Source: Thiobacillus sp.
Lineage (GTDB): Bacteria > Pseudomonadota > Gammaproteobacteria > Burkholderiales > Thiobacillaceae
NCBI RefSeq assembly: GCF_030696885.1
Contig: NZ_JAUYRI010000017.1
Location: 161,212-225,211 of the forward strand
Length of the DNA stretch: 64,000 nucleotides
Direction: 5' to 3'
The translations under genes and the position numbers were made by a program. The notes under the pieces are model-generated. The model was not told the DNA's origin, made no database searches, and saw nothing but the letters and a program-made list of their open reading frames with translations. This document shows positions 1 through 9,701 of this stretch, piece after piece; positions within the stretch are counted from its first letter, which is position 1, and every line of letters starts with the position of its first letter.

Positions 1-1270
1 TGACGTTGAAGTAGCGACGGCATTCCGCGCTCGCGGCCGTGTAGGCCTCGGCATTGCCGTTGCGGTGCAGCAGGTCGAGCAGCAGCAGCCAGGGCACCGG
101 GGATTCGGTCGGCGCCTCGCGCAGGTGTTCCTGCAGCAGGTGGATGGCGAGGTCGCTGTGGCCGTGCGCCATGTACACCTCGGCCTGGTCGAGGATGTCT
201 TCCTTGACCTCGGTATCCTCGACCCGCGGCGGTGCCGCAATCTCCGCCATGCGCGCGGGCGCATGGGCGTCGTTTTCCGGCAGCGTGTTCATGTCCGACA
301 GGGTCGGCGGCGGCGTGTCATCAGGCTGCGTCCAGGGATTGAGGTCCAGCTGGGTGTCGCGGGCGGGCGTGCGGCTGCGACGACGCAACCAGGCGACCAG
401 GAAGAGGCTGCCGACGAGCAGGCCGACGAGCAGCAGCGCCAGCGGCCAGCGCGCGGGCCCGGTGGCGGGCGGCGGTGCGGCCACTGCTGCGGGGGTACTA
501 CGAGCCTCGAGCTCGGCATTGCGTCGCTGCAGGGCGAGCAACTGCGATTCCAGATGCGCGAGCCGGCGCGAAAGTGCGGTGGTTTCGTCGGAAAGCTCGG
601 TCTCGGTCAGCGGCCGCTCGGCAATCGGGCGCGCGGGATCTGGCAGGTTGCTGTCCAAACGCAGGGCAAAGGGCCGTTCGGCGGTGGACTGCGGGCTGCG
701 CCGGCCCGACAGCACCAGGCGCGGTGCGGGTTCGTCGCGTGGGGCCTGCTGCGCGCGCGGCGCGGGCGGCGGGCGCGGGGTGCTGGCGCGTGCAGGCGGA
801 GCCGGTCGCGCGGGTGCCTGCATGGCCGGGGCGGCGCGTGGGGCGGGCGGCGCGGTGGCTTGCACCGGCGCGGGGGCCGGCGCTGCCGCGCCGGTCTGCG
901 CGAGGCGGGCCGGGTCCGGCGGGTCGAGCAGGATCACGTATTCGCGTTGCAGGCGCGTTTCGCAGTCGGCCACCAGCACGAACTGCGCGATGGGGTCGTG
1001 GATGGACTGGCGGGTGCGGATATGCAGCACGGCCTGATCGCCGCTGCGCTGCAGGCTCAGTTCCGTGCGCGGCGGCGGCGCGATGGCGCCGGTGCCGGCC
1101 TCGAGCTTGAAGCAGTCTGCGGGGAGATCGGCGCCAGCATCGAGCACCACCACGGTGGCGTGCAGCGGCTGCCCGAGGAAGGAACGCACGTTCAGCTCGC
1201 CCAGCCCGAGGGCTGCGGCAGCACCGGCATGGCAAAGACCCAGCAGGAGGCAGACGGTTTTGACGTTCAC
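1..1270 (-). CDS. FimV/HubP-like polar landmark protein, 3' end truncated by the window edge (not in the ORF track)
   Basis: Hand translation from GTG at 1270: signal peptide, then ALGLGELNVRSFLGQPL (FimV N-terminal motif), a Pro/Ala-rich linker, a coiled coil, a TM helix (WPLALLLVGLLVGSLFLVAW) and DILDQAEVYMAHGHSDLAIHLL...PWLLLLDLL. The frame is continuous to position 1. Confidence 0.7.
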   Translation of the reverse strand, partial: MNVKTVCLLLGLCHAGAAAALGLGELNVRSFLGQPLHATVVVLDAGADLPADCFKLEAGTGAIAPPPRTELSLQRSGDQAVLHIRTRQSIHDPIAQFVLVADCETRLQREYVILLDPPDPARLAQTGAAAPAPAPVQATAPPAPRAAPAMQAPARPAPPARASTPRPPPAPRAQQAPRDEPAPRLVLSGRRSPQSTAERPFALRLDSNLPDPARPIAERPLTETELSDETTALSRRLAHLESQLLALQRRNAELEARSTPAAVAAPPPATGPARWPLALLLVGLLVGSLFLVAWLRRRSRTPARDTQLDLNPWTQPDDTPPPTLSDMNTLPENDAHAPARMAEIAAPPRVEDTEVKEDILDQAEVYMAHGHSDLAIHLLQEHLREAPTESPVPWLLLLDLLHRNGNAEAYTAASAECRRYFNV

Positions 1271-1375
1271 GCGATCATGAATCAGAGGAAATATCTTGTG
1301 TTCCGGCTATTTGCGCCGGAACTTTAATATCAGTGTTGAAGAATCGCACCATATTGGCACGGTTCCCGGGCTGTG

Positions 1376-1828
1376 TCAGCCCAGCACCACCAATCCCCAT
1401 ATCACCACGACGTTGACGAGCGCGATCATCACCGCTGCGCTGCCCATGTCCTTGGCGCGCTTAATGAGCAGATGGTGCTCAAGCGAAATGCGATCGACTG
1501 CCGCCTCGACCGCGGAATTCAGCAGTTCGACGATCAATACCCCCAGCACCGCACCGATCATCAGCGCCCGCTCGATACCGGTTTCGCCGAGAAACAGCGC
1601 GAGTGGAATCAGCAACAGCGCGAGGAAGACTTCCTGGCGGAAGGCATCCTCAAAACGGAACGCCGCGGTCAGCCCGGCCCATGAATAGCCGGCGGCATTC
1701 AGCACACGCTGCAGACCGGTTTTGCCCTTGTACGGGCTTTCAGTCGGGGTGGGCGCGGCGTTTGCCCCCTGCCCCGCTGGCGCATCAGGCGAATTGGGGA
1801 GAGGGAGCGCAGCCTTGGGATCAGTCAT
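1376..1828 (-). CDS. dgkA: diacylglycerol kinase
   Basis: [45 protein letters not shown]. The likely start MTDPK at 1828 overlaps the gcvPB stop. Confidence 0.92.
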   Translation of the reverse strand: MTDPKAALPLPNSPDAPAGQGANAAPTPTESPYKGKTGLQRVLNAAGYSWAGLTAAFRFEDAFRQEVFLALLLIPLALFLGETGIERALMIGAVLGVLIVELLNSAVEAAVDRISLEHHLLIKRAKDMGSAAVMIALVNVVVIWGLVVLG

Positions 1829-3276
1829 GCGGCGGGCTTGTACGCGAGGTCGAGTTCGCGCGCGGCCTTGACGTCGTCGAGGCGCCGCACCGGCAGGCTG
1901 TAAGGTGCGCCCTTGACCAGCTCGGGATTGGTTTCGGCTTCGTGCTTGATTCTGATCATCGCGTCGATGAAGCCGTCGAGCGTCTCGCGGCTCTCGGTTT
2001 CGGTCGGCTCGATCAGCAGGCACTCCGGCACCAGCAACGGAAAATAGGTGGTCGGCGCGTGGTAGCCGTAGTCGAGGAGGCGCTTGGCGAAGTCCATCGC
2101 GGAGACGCCGGTGGCGTCCTTCAGCTTCTTCAGCGTGACGATGAATTCGTGGCTGGCGCGGCGCGTCGGGTAGGCGAGGTCGAAGCCGGCGTCGCGCAGT
2201 TTTGCCATCAGGTAGTTGGCGTTGAGCGTGGCGTATTCGGCGACGCGCAGCATGCCCTCGCCACCCAGCAGGCGGGCGTAGATGTAGGCGCGCATCAGCA
2301 CGCCGGCGTTGCCCATGTTGGCGCTCATGCGGCCGATCGACTGCGGCAGGTCGGTCTCGGTCGCCAGCCGGTAGGCGCCGTTTTCATTCAGCACCAGCGG
2401 AATTGGCATGAAAGGCAGCAGCCGCGTCGACACCCCCACCGGACCCGCGCCCGGTCCGCCGCCGCCGTGCGGGGTGGAAAAGGTCTTGTGCAGGTTCATG
2501 TGGATGACGTCGAACCCCATGTCGCCGGGGCGCACCTTGCCGAGAATGGCGTTGAGGTTGGCGCCGTCGTAATACGACAGGCCGCCGGCGTCGTGGACGA
2601 TCTTCTGGATTTCGGAAATCGTCTTCTCGAACACGCCGAGCGTCGACGGGTTGGTCAGCATCAACCCGGCAGTCTGCGGACCGACTGCGGCCTTCAGCGC
2701 GTCGAGGTTGACCGCGCCGGTGGCGTCGGTCGGGATTTCCTTGACCGTGTAGCCGCACATGGTCGCGGTCGCCGGGTTGGTGCCGTGCGCCGCGTCCGGC
2801 ACGATGATCTCGCGCCGCGCGGTGTCGCCGCGCGCGTCGTGATAGGCACGGATCATCGCCACCCCGGCAAACTCGCCGTGCGCGCCCGCCATCGGCGCCA
2901 TCGACACGCCGGCCATGCCGGTCACGTCCTTCAGCATTTCCTGCAGCTCGAACATGCTGGCGAGGAAACCCTGTCCGGTCTCGTCCGGGCTCGCCGGATG
3001 GCGCGCCAGAAACTGCGGCAACATCGCCAGCGAATTGCATGCGCGCGGGTTGTACTTCATCGTGCACGAACCGAGCGGGTAGAACTGCGTGTCGATCGAG
3101 AAGTTCTTTTGGCTCAATCGCGTGTAGTGGCGCACCACATCGAGCTCGGAAACTTCCGGCAAGCCTGGTGCGTCCTTGCGGCACAGCGCGGCAGGCAAGT
3201 CATCGAGGTTGCCGCCGGCAGCGGGCAACTGGGCGGCAGCGGTGCGGCCGGGACGGGAATGGTCGAATATCAGCAT
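1825..3276 (-). CDS. gcvPB: glycine dehydrogenase (decarboxylating) subunit 2
   Basis: [11 protein letters not shown]; PLP-lysine motif [17 protein letters not shown]; LIEPTETES. Confidence 0.97.
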   Translation of the reverse strand: MLIFDHSRPGRTAAAQLPAAGGNLDDLPAALCRKDAPGLPEVSELDVVRHYTRLSQKNFSIDTQFYPLGSCTMKYNPRACNSLAMLPQFLARHPASPDETGQGFLASMFELQEMLKDVTGMAGVSMAPMAGAHGEFAGVAMIRAYHDARGDTARREIIVPDAAHGTNPATATMCGYTVKEIPTDATGAVNLDALKAAVGPQTAGLMLTNPSTLGVFEKTISEIQKIVHDAGGLSYYDGANLNAILGKVRPGDMGFDVIHMNLHKTFSTPHGGGGPGAGPVGVSTRLLPFMPIPLVLNENGAYRLATETDLPQSIGRMSANMGNAGVLMRAYIYARLLGGEGMLRVAEYATLNANYLMAKLRDAGFDLAYPTRRASHEFIVTLKKLKDATGVSAMDFAKRLLDYGYHAPTTYFPLLVPECLLIEPTETESRETLDGFIDAMIRIKHEAETNPELVKGAPYSLPVRRLDDVKAARELDLAYKPAA

Positions 3277-3283
3277 GGTTCGT

Positions 3284-3392
3284 AGGGGCTAGGAGTTAGG
3301 ATCTAGGGACTAGGGTTGTGGGGGCGGAGGAGATCGGGGGGCGCGGCGTAGCCGCTCATCCCCTAGCTCCTAGCCCCTAATTCCTAGCTCCT
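3284..3392. repeat. heptamer-arm hairpin element 1 (TAG type)
   Basis: Left arm AGGGGCT AGGAGTT AGGATCT AGGGACT AGGG; core GCGGC-GTA-GCCGC at 3343-3355; right arm CCCT AGCTCCT AGCCCCT AATTCCT AGCTCCT. Confidence 0.9.
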
Positions 3393-3883
3393 CAAAGCGC
3401 TGCCAGCGCGGCGTCGTAATTCGGCTCCTGCTTGATCTCGGGAACGAGTTCCGCGTGCAGCACCTTGTTGTTCTCATCGAGCACGACCACGGCGCGCGCG
3501 GTGATGCCGGCGAGCGGGCCGCTGGTGATGGCGACGCCGTAGTTCTTCATGAACTCGGCGCCGCCGCGCATGGTCGACAGTGTCACCACGTTGTTGGTGC
3601 CTTCGGCGCCGCAGAAGCGGCTCATCGCGAACGGCAGGTCGGCGGCGATGATCAGCACCACCGTGTTGCCGACTGCGGCGTCGTTGAATTTCTTGGTCGA
3701 GGTCGCGCACACCGGGGTATCCAGGCTGGGCACGATGTTGAGGATTTTCTTCTTGCCGGCGAAATCGGCCAGCGAGACGTCGGCCAGGTCCTTGTTGACC
3801 AGCTTGAAGTCGGGGGCGGTGTCGCCGACCTTGGGGAAGGTGCCGGACACGTCGATCGGGTTGCCTGCCAGAGTCACTGCCAT
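3392..3883 (-). CDS. tpx: thiol peroxidase (atypical 2-Cys peroxiredoxin)
   Basis: PSLDTPVCA peroxidatic motif; [14 protein letters not shown]; EPNYDAAL C-terminus. Confidence 0.95.
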   Translation of the reverse strand: MAVTLAGNPIDVSGTFPKVGDTAPDFKLVNKDLADVSLADFAGKKKILNIVPSLDTPVCATSTKKFNDAAVGNTVVLIIAADLPFAMSRFCGAEGTNNVVTLSTMRGGAEFMKNYGVAITSGPLAGITARAVVVLDENNKVLHAELVPEIKQEPNYDAALAAL

Positions 3884-3953
3884 GTTTGCTCTCCTTGAAT
3901 GAATCGGTCAAATGCCGGACGCGAACGATCGCGCCCGCTGCATTGCATACCTG

Positions 3954-4238
3954 CTAACTGTCTTGCTGATCATAGCGAGTCAGGTGCTCGTCGATATTCT
4001 CGCGCAACATTTTTTCGTACTGGTCCATGAAATAGGTGATTGCGGCTTCCTTCTCCACAATCAGCTGCGCCTTGTTCTCAGCGGCCGCCGCGATCACGAA
4101 GGCGTTGAAACGCGCTGCCGCAAACAGCGCAGCTGCACTCACCCGACTGGGTTTCTCCGCGTTCAGCTGGGTGTTGGCCAGTGCGATATACGCATCGGCC
4201 ATGTCATAGAACGGTTTGTCGCGCTGTACGTCGCTCAT
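3954..4238 (-). CDS. DUF3144-like small helical protein
   Basis: FYDMADAYIALANTQ...SAAALFAAARFNAF pattern; co-oriented inside the gcv operon. Confidence 0.7.
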   Translation of the reverse strand: MSDVQRDKPFYDMADAYIALANTQLNAEKPSRVSAAALFAAARFNAFVIAAAAENKAQLIVEKEAAITYFMDQYEKMLRENIDEHLTRYDQQDS

Positions 4239-4247
4239 TTGGGTTCC

Positions 4248-5624
4248 TTAACTCTTGTACGCGCACGGCGGCGCTTCACGGCGTTTGGACAGGATACGTT
4301 CCAATTGTTGCGCGTAGAGGTCAAGGTCCGCCGCGGTTTTGGTTTCGGTGACGCAGACGAGGATGGCCTGGCCGAGCTCGGGATACCAGCCGGAAATGTC
4401 CAGCCCGCCGAGGATGCCTTGCGCACGCAGCGCGCGCAGCACGTCTTTCGCGTTGTCGTTGAGTTTCAGCACGACTTCGTGGAAGAAGGGGCTGGCAAAC
4501 GCGCGCGTCACGCCCGGAATCGCGGCCAGCTTGTCAGCCAGGGCCACGGTGCCGCCATGGCTGGCGGAGGCCACCTTCGCCAAACCCTGCGGACCCAGCA
4601 GCGCCATGTATTGCGTCGCCGCGGTGACGACCAGGCCCTGGTTGGTGCAGATGTTCGAGGTGGCCTTGGAGCGGCGGATGTGCTGCTCGCGCGCCTGCAG
4701 CGTCAACGCGAAGCCGGGCTTGCCATCCAGATCAACCGTCCGCCCGACGATGCGGCCCGGCATCTGCCGCACGAAGTCCTGGCGGCAGCACATGAAGCCG
4801 AAATAGGGACCACCGGAGGCCATCGGCGCACCGAGCGGCTGGCCTTCGCCCACCGCGATGTCGGCACCGGTCTGCCCCCACTTGCCGGGCGCTTCCAGCA
4901 CCGCGAGCGTGGTCGGGTTCACCAGTGCGATCGCCAGCGCGCCTTTGTCATGCGCCCAGTCGGTCATCCCATGCACGTCTTCCAGCACGCCGAAGAAGTT
5001 GGGCTGCGGAATCACCAGGCCGGCGAAGCTGCCGGGGTCGGCCGGCAGCACCGTTTGACCCGTCGCAGCGTCATAGTCGAGCTCGACCAGTTCGATGCCC
5101 TGGTTCTTCACGGTCGTGTTGACCACGCGGCGGTAGATCGGGTGCACGCTCTTCGGCACCAGCACGCGGCGCGAGGTCTTGTGCGAACGCACCGCCATCA
5201 GCACCGCCTCGGCCAGCGCGGAGGCGCCGTCGTAGAGCGACGCATTCGACACGTCGAGCCCGGTCAGCCGCGTCATCATGGTCTGGTATTCGTAGATCAG
5301 CTGCAGCGTGCCTTGCGAGGCCTCGGCCTGATACGGCGTGTAGGCGGAATAGAACTCGCCGCGCGTGGTGATCTGCCAGATCGCCGCCGGGATGTGGTGC
5401 TCGTAGACGCCGGCGCCGATGAAGTTGGACCAGAAGCCGTCGGCCGACGCGCGTTCCTGCATCAGCCGCGTGACCGCCATTTCCGGAAGCCCAGCGGGCA
5501 CGTCCTTGAGTTTGCCCGTCTTCAGCGCGGGCGGGATTTCGTCGAACAGCGTCTCGATGCTGGCGGCGCCGATGGCGCCGAGCATGGCGGAGACGTCTGC
5601 TTCAGTGTGGGGAATGAAAGGCAT
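4248..5624 (-). CDS. gcvPA: glycine dehydrogenase (decarboxylating) subunit 1
   Basis: [16 protein letters not shown]; [13 protein letters not shown]; [18 protein letters not shown]. Confidence 0.97.
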   Translation of the reverse strand: MPFIPHTEADVSAMLGAIGAASIETLFDEIPPALKTGKLKDVPAGLPEMAVTRLMQERASADGFWSNFIGAGVYEHHIPAAIWQITTRGEFYSAYTPYQAEASQGTLQLIYEYQTMMTRLTGLDVSNASLYDGASALAEAVLMAVRSHKTSRRVLVPKSVHPIYRRVVNTTVKNQGIELVELDYDAATGQTVLPADPGSFAGLVIPQPNFFGVLEDVHGMTDWAHDKGALAIALVNPTTLAVLEAPGKWGQTGADIAVGEGQPLGAPMASGGPYFGFMCCRQDFVRQMPGRIVGRTVDLDGKPGFALTLQAREQHIRRSKATSNICTNQGLVVTAATQYMALLGPQGLAKVASASHGGTVALADKLAAIPGVTRAFASPFFHEVVLKLNDNAKDVLRALRAQGILGGLDISGWYPELGQAILVCVTETKTAADLDLYAQQLERILSKRREAPPCAYKS

Positions 5625-5630
5625 TTGGGC

Positions 5631-5743
5631 AGGGGTCAGGATTCAGGGATCAGGATTCAGGGGGAGGATTCAGTGCCCGGTTTCAGGTATGGCGCGGCGC
5701 AGCCGCACAGTCCCTGATCCCTGGCCCCTGAATCCTGGCCCCT
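5631..5743. repeat. heptamer-arm hairpin element 2 (CAG type)
   Basis: AGGGGTC AGGATTC AGGGATC AGGATTC AGGG ... GCGGC-GCA-GCCGC (5694-5706) ... CCCT GATCCCT GGCCCCT GAATCCT GGCCCCT. Confidence 0.9.
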
Positions 5744-6132
5744 TAATGTGCTTCCGACTCGACCAGCTTCTGGTACGCAGCCGCGTCCAGCAGACCGGCG
5801 ACGTCGCCGGGGTTGGCCGGCTTCAGCTTGAACATCCACGCGCTGTAGGCGTCCTTGTTCACCGATTCGGGGCTGGCTTCGACGTCGTTGTTGGCGGCGA
5901 CGACTTCACCGGCGACGGGGGCGTAGACGTCGGACGCGGCTTTCACCGACTCGACCACCGCGCATTCCTCGCCCTTGGCGAGCGCGCGACCGGCGGCGGG
6001 GTTCTCGATGAACACCATGTCGCCGAGCAGGTCCTGCGCGTGGTGGGTGATGCCGATGGTCAACGTGCCGTCTGCTTCGACGCGCACCCATTCGTGGCTG
6101 GGGGTGTATTTGAGGTCTGCGGGGATGTTCAT
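5743..6132 (-). CDS. gcvH: glycine cleavage system H protein
   Basis: SHEWV; lipoyl-lysine motif [13 protein letters not shown]. Confidence 0.97.
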   Translation of the reverse strand: MNIPADLKYTPSHEWVRVEADGTLTIGITHHAQDLLGDMVFIENPAAGRALAKGEECAVVESVKAASDVYAPVAGEVVAANNDVEASPESVNKDAYSAWMFKLKPANPGDVAGLLDAAAYQKLVESEAH

Positions 6133-6141
6133 GCTTTCTCC

Positions 6142-6244
6142 AGGATCTAGGAATTAGGATCTAGAGGCTAGGGAAGGGGTGCCGAATCAGGAGCGCGGCG
6201 AAGCCGCACGTTCCCTAGATCCTAGCCCCTAGATCCTAGCCCCC
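6142..6244. repeat. heptamer-arm hairpin element 3 (TAG type)
   Basis: AGGATCT AGGAATT AGGATCT AGAGGCT AGGG ... GCGGC-GAA-GCCGC (6195-6207) ... CCCT AGATCCT AGCCCCT AGATCCT AGCCCCC. Confidence 0.9.
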
Positions 6245-6249
6245 CAAAA

Positions 6250-7335
6250 TTAAATCAAAACTTTACCGTTACGCACAAACGGATACTTCACTACCTTCGC
6301 GCGCAGTTTCTTGTCGCGAATCTCGACCTCAACCTCCGCGCCCGGCGCGATGCCGAGCGGGATGCGGGCGAGCGCGATCGATTGCTGCATCGTAGGCGAA
6401 AACGTGCCGGAGGTGATTTCGCCGTCGCCGTTTTTGGTGTGGACCGTCTGGTGACTGCGCAGCACGCCCTTGTCCAGCAGGATCAGGCCGGCGAGCTGTT
6501 TCGTCACTTCACTTTTTTCCAGCGCGGCGCGGCCGACGAAGTCGCGTTCGGTCTTCATATCCACCGTCCAGGCGAGGCCGGATTCCAGCGGGCTGGTCGT
6601 TTCGTCCATGTCCTGGCCGTAGAGGTTCATACCGGCTTCAAGGCGCAGGGTGTCGCGCGCGCCGAGGCCGATCGGCTTGCCGCCGGCTTCCATCAGCGCT
6701 TTCCAGAAGAAGGGCGCGGACTTTGCCAGCACCATCACTTCGTAGCCGTCTTCGCCGGTGTAGCCGGTGCGGGCAATGAACATCTCGCCCATGGCCGCGG
6801 CGTTGAAAGGCTTGAGACTGACGGTGATGCTGTCGACGCCGGGTAGCGCCTCGTTCAGTGCCTGCGTGGCATTCGGGCCCTGGATCGCGATCATCGCGAG
6901 GTCGCGGCGCGGGGTGAGCGTCAGGCCCATGCCCCAGTCGGCGTTCATTTTTTCCATCCACGCCAGGTCCTTTTCCGCGGTGCCGGCGTTGACCACCAGG
7001 CGGAACCAGTTCTCGTCCATGAAATAGATGATGAGGTCGTCGATGACGCCGCCGCCTTCGTTCAGCATGCAGGAATACAGCGCCTTGCCGGACACCTGCA
7101 GCTTGTCGACGTTGTTGGCCACCAGGCGGCGCAAAAATGCCCGCACGTTGGCGCCCTTGATGTCCAGCGGCAGCATGTGGGAGACGTCGAACAGGCCGCA
7201 GCCCGAACGCACCGTGTGGTGCTCTTCGATCTGCGAGCCGTAGTTGACCGGCATGTCCCAGCCGCCGAAATCGACCATCTTGGCGCCGAGTTCGCGGTGG
7301 GTGGCATTGAGCGGAGTGTGCTTGAGGTCGGACAT
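6250..7335 (-). CDS. gcvT: glycine cleavage system aminomethyltransferase T
   Basis: [13 protein letters not shown]; FDVSHM; RTGYTGEDG; [12 protein letters not shown]. Confidence 0.97.
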   Translation of the reverse strand: MSDLKHTPLNATHRELGAKMVDFGGWDMPVNYGSQIEEHHTVRSGCGLFDVSHMLPLDIKGANVRAFLRRLVANNVDKLQVSGKALYSCMLNEGGGVIDDLIIYFMDENWFRLVVNAGTAEKDLAWMEKMNADWGMGLTLTPRRDLAMIAIQGPNATQALNEALPGVDSITVSLKPFNAAAMGEMFIARTGYTGEDGYEVMVLAKSAPFFWKALMEAGGKPIGLGARDTLRLEAGMNLYGQDMDETTSPLESGLAWTVDMKTERDFVGRAALEKSEVTKQLAGLILLDKGVLRSHQTVHTKNGDGEITSGTFSPTMQQSIALARIPLGIAPGAEVEVEIRDKKLRAKVVKYPFVRNGKVLI

Positions 7336-7343
7336 GGGGCACC

Positions 7344-7381
7344 AAAAATAAAAAAGGGTGAAGCGCGGATTCGCTTCACCC
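7344..7381 (-). terminator. intrinsic terminator-like hairpin in the gcvT leader (probable riboswitch expression platform)
   Basis: Minus strand GGGTGAAGCG-aatccg-CGCTTCACCC followed by TTTTTTATTTTT, directly 3' of aptamer 2. Confidence 0.75.
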
Positions 7382-7575
7382 CTCTGTCCTTGGTACCTGA
7401 GAGATTACAGCCGGCTGTTTGACCAGCGGGCCGCTGCCCCTTCGGTGGCGATCGAGAAGACCGCGCTCTCCAGAGTTTTTTCCAGGGATTGCCTGGGGGT
7501 TGCGGTCCTTTTGCCTGAGCGATTCCGGGTGAATTGCGCCTTCGGCGGCGTGTCTGGCACGCGCTCTCCCGCAAC
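7380..7575 (-). promoter_or_regulatory. tandem glycine riboswitch
   Basis: Two aptamers on the minus strand, each GGAGAG...CCGAAG...CTCAGG...AAGGAC. P1 stems are GTTGCG/CGCAAC and CTCTG/CAGAG. Sits upstream of gcvT. Confidence 0.95.
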
Positions 7576-7639
7576 GGGAGCCGGAACTATACCGAAGAAG
7601 CGAGCGCCCAGCCAGCCCCGTTCATCCGGCCGCGGGGAC

Positions 7640-8689
7640 TCAATACACCAGCTGCAAATCGAAGCCCATCGGCGTCAGATCCTGCACGGTCAGCGGCAGG
7701 CTCAAGGGCTGCTCGCTGCGCGGAGGGATGCCGGCGGCGATGCGCGGCGTATCGCCCAGGTATTCGCTGGGGGCGAAGCTGCGGCGTGCCAGCGCGCGGC
7801 TGCGCTGGTCGGTAAGCGTGAGCACCAGCACCGGCCAGGCCTGGGCCTGGCCGGCGCGGTTGCCGAGGGTCAGCGAGAGCACCAGGTTGCCGTTCGGCTC
7901 GATTTGCAGGTCGGAACCGATGATCTGCAGCTGCGCCAGCTTTTTCGGCAGCGAGAGCGTGCAGCCCAGTGCGGCGCAGGCCTGCTCCAGCGCGGGCCGG
8001 GTCTGTGGCCACTGGCTGACCAGGGTGTCGCGCAGGAAATAGGTGGCCTGCGCGGCCAGCATCAGCAGGAGCACCAGACTGGCCGCGACCCACAGCCCGG
8101 TGCGGGCCCGCCGCGACGTAGTCGGAATGAACGCGCTGCCCGGCACGGCGGGGCGCATCTGCGGTTGCGCGTATTCGACCTGCGCCATCACCGGCCGGGC
8201 CGGCGGCGTGGTTTCGGCCAGCGGCCCCGACCACTGGTGCGGCGGGTACACCGGCGGCATCGTGGATTGGCCCGGGATCTGCGGCAGCGGACCGGGATCG
8301 TCGTCGGCCGGTGGCTGGTCGGGGTCGATCAGGATGATCGACGACAGGTCGGGCGCAGCCTCGCGCTGGGTGATGCCGACGGGCGTCGCCGCTTCGGTGT
8401 CTGTTTCCGGCACCGCGTCGGCGGGCAGGGCATCAGCTGTTTCCTCGGCAACGGGCGCGAGCGGGGTGTCGACGACCGGCTCGGGCAGGGCCGCTTCGGC
8501 CTCGACCGGTGCAGGCAGGCTGGGCTCGGGCGGCGGCAGCGGCGAGCCATCTGCATACAATAGGCTGGGGCGGGCGTCGAACGCCGCGCCGCACACGCTG
8601 CACTGCACCCAGCCCTGCGCGGCGTCGAGCTGGTCCGCGCCGAGGCGGAACACGCTGACGCAGTGTGGACAGGTGGTGCGGTAGTTCAT
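7640..8689 (-). CDS. MJ0042-type zinc-ribbon + DUF3426 membrane protein
   Basis: N-terminal CPHC...VFR...QGWVQCSVC, Pro-rich linker, single TM helix, C-terminal domain with QAWPVLVLTLTD; in its usual position after prmA. Confidence 0.85.
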   Translation of the reverse strand: MNYRTTCPHCVSVFRLGADQLDAAQGWVQCSVCGAAFDARPSLLYADGSPLPPPEPSLPAPVEAEAALPEPVVDTPLAPVAEETADALPADAVPETDTEAATPVGITQREAAPDLSSIILIDPDQPPADDDPGPLPQIPGQSTMPPVYPPHQWSGPLAETTPPARPVMAQVEYAQPQMRPAVPGSAFIPTTSRRARTGLWVAASLVLLLMLAAQATYFLRDTLVSQWPQTRPALEQACAALGCTLSLPKKLAQLQIIGSDLQIEPNGNLVLSLTLGNRAGQAQAWPVLVLTLTDQRSRALARRSFAPSEYLGDTPRIAAGIPPRSEQPLSLPLTVQDLTPMGFDLQLVY

Positions 8690-9576
8690 CGCTTGACGCC
8701 CGCCAGGCGCACCCAGCCCTCGTCGAGTTCGGGCGGGTCGAAGTCAATGCTGTCACGGTAGACCGCCATCACATCGTCGGCCTGCTCGGCCAGAATGCCG
8801 GACAGCACCAGCTGGCCGCCGCACCGTACCCGGCCGGTCAGCAACGGCGCCATGCCCTTGAGCGGATTGGTGAGGATGTTGGCGACGACCAGGTCGTACT
8901 GGCCGGGCGCCAGTTCGCCCGGCAGGCAGAAGTGCGCCGGCACTTCATTCAGCGTGGCGTTGTCGTGCGAGGCGGTCACGGCTTGGTTGTCGATGTCGAC
9001 GCCGTCGACCCGCGCTGCGCCGAGCTTGGCGGCGGCAATGGCGAGAATGCCGGAGCCGCAGCCGTAGTCGAGCAGGGTTTCGCCGCCCTGCAGATGGGCG
9101 TCGAGCCATCGCAGGCACAGCCGCGTGGTGGGATGGCTGCCGGTACCGAAGGCGAGGCCGGGGTCGAGCTTGAGGTTGATTGCGTGCGGGTCGGGCGCGT
9201 TGTGCCAGGTCGGCACGATCCACAACCGCGGCGAGATCGGAATGGGGTCGAACTGCGACTGGGTCAGGCGCACCCAGTCCTGCTCTTCGACGGTTTCGAC
9301 CGTGTAGTCGGTGGGCACGGGGATGCCGGCGAGGTTTGCCGCGGCAGCCAGCGTTGCTGCCACGTCGGCTTCTGCGCTGAGCAGCGCGATCGCGATGCTG
9401 TGCGGCCACAATTCGGCCGTCGGGTGGTCGGGCTCGCCGAACAACGGCGTTTCATCGGCCGTACCGGCGTCGGCATCTTCCAGCGACACCGACAGCGCAC
9501 CGGCTTCCACCAGCGCGTCGGACAGCGGCTCAGCCTGCTTGGAATCGACGAGGATGCGGACGGATTGCCAGGGCAT
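8686..9576 (-). CDS. prmA: ribosomal protein L11 methyltransferase
   Basis: LDPGLAFGTGSHPTT; LDYGCGSGILAI; VANIL. Confidence 0.96.
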   Translation of the reverse strand: MPWQSVRILVDSKQAEPLSDALVEAGALSVSLEDADAGTADETPLFGEPDHPTAELWPHSIAIALLSAEADVAATLAAAANLAGIPVPTDYTVETVEEQDWVRLTQSQFDPIPISPRLWIVPTWHNAPDPHAINLKLDPGLAFGTGSHPTTRLCLRWLDAHLQGGETLLDYGCGSGILAIAAAKLGAARVDGVDIDNQAVTASHDNATLNEVPAHFCLPGELAPGQYDLVVANILTNPLKGMAPLLTGRVRCGGQLVLSGILAEQADDVMAVYRDSIDFDPPELDEGWVRLAGVKR

Positions 9577-9579
9577 GTC

Positions 9580-9701
9580 AGGGGTCAGGATTCAGGGGCT
9601 AGGGGTCAGGGGGTTTTGTGCGGCTGCGCCGCGGCTTCTTTGAACAAGACAAGGTGTGTCATGGTTTTTCCCTGACTCCTGAATCCTGGCCCCTGAATCC
9701 T
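9580..9701. repeat. heptamer-arm hairpin element 4 (CAG type, inverted core)
   Basis: AGGGGTC AGGATTC AGGGGCT AGGGGTC AGGG ... GCGGC-TGC-GCCGC (9620-9632) ... CCCT GACTCCT GAATCCT GGCCCCT GAATCCT; overlaps the accC stop codon. Confidence 0.9.

Noticed and set aside
1829-2023. N-terminal extension of dgkA given by the ORF track
   Set aside because: It overlaps the gcvPB coding region; the ATGA-coupled start at 1828 is more plausible.
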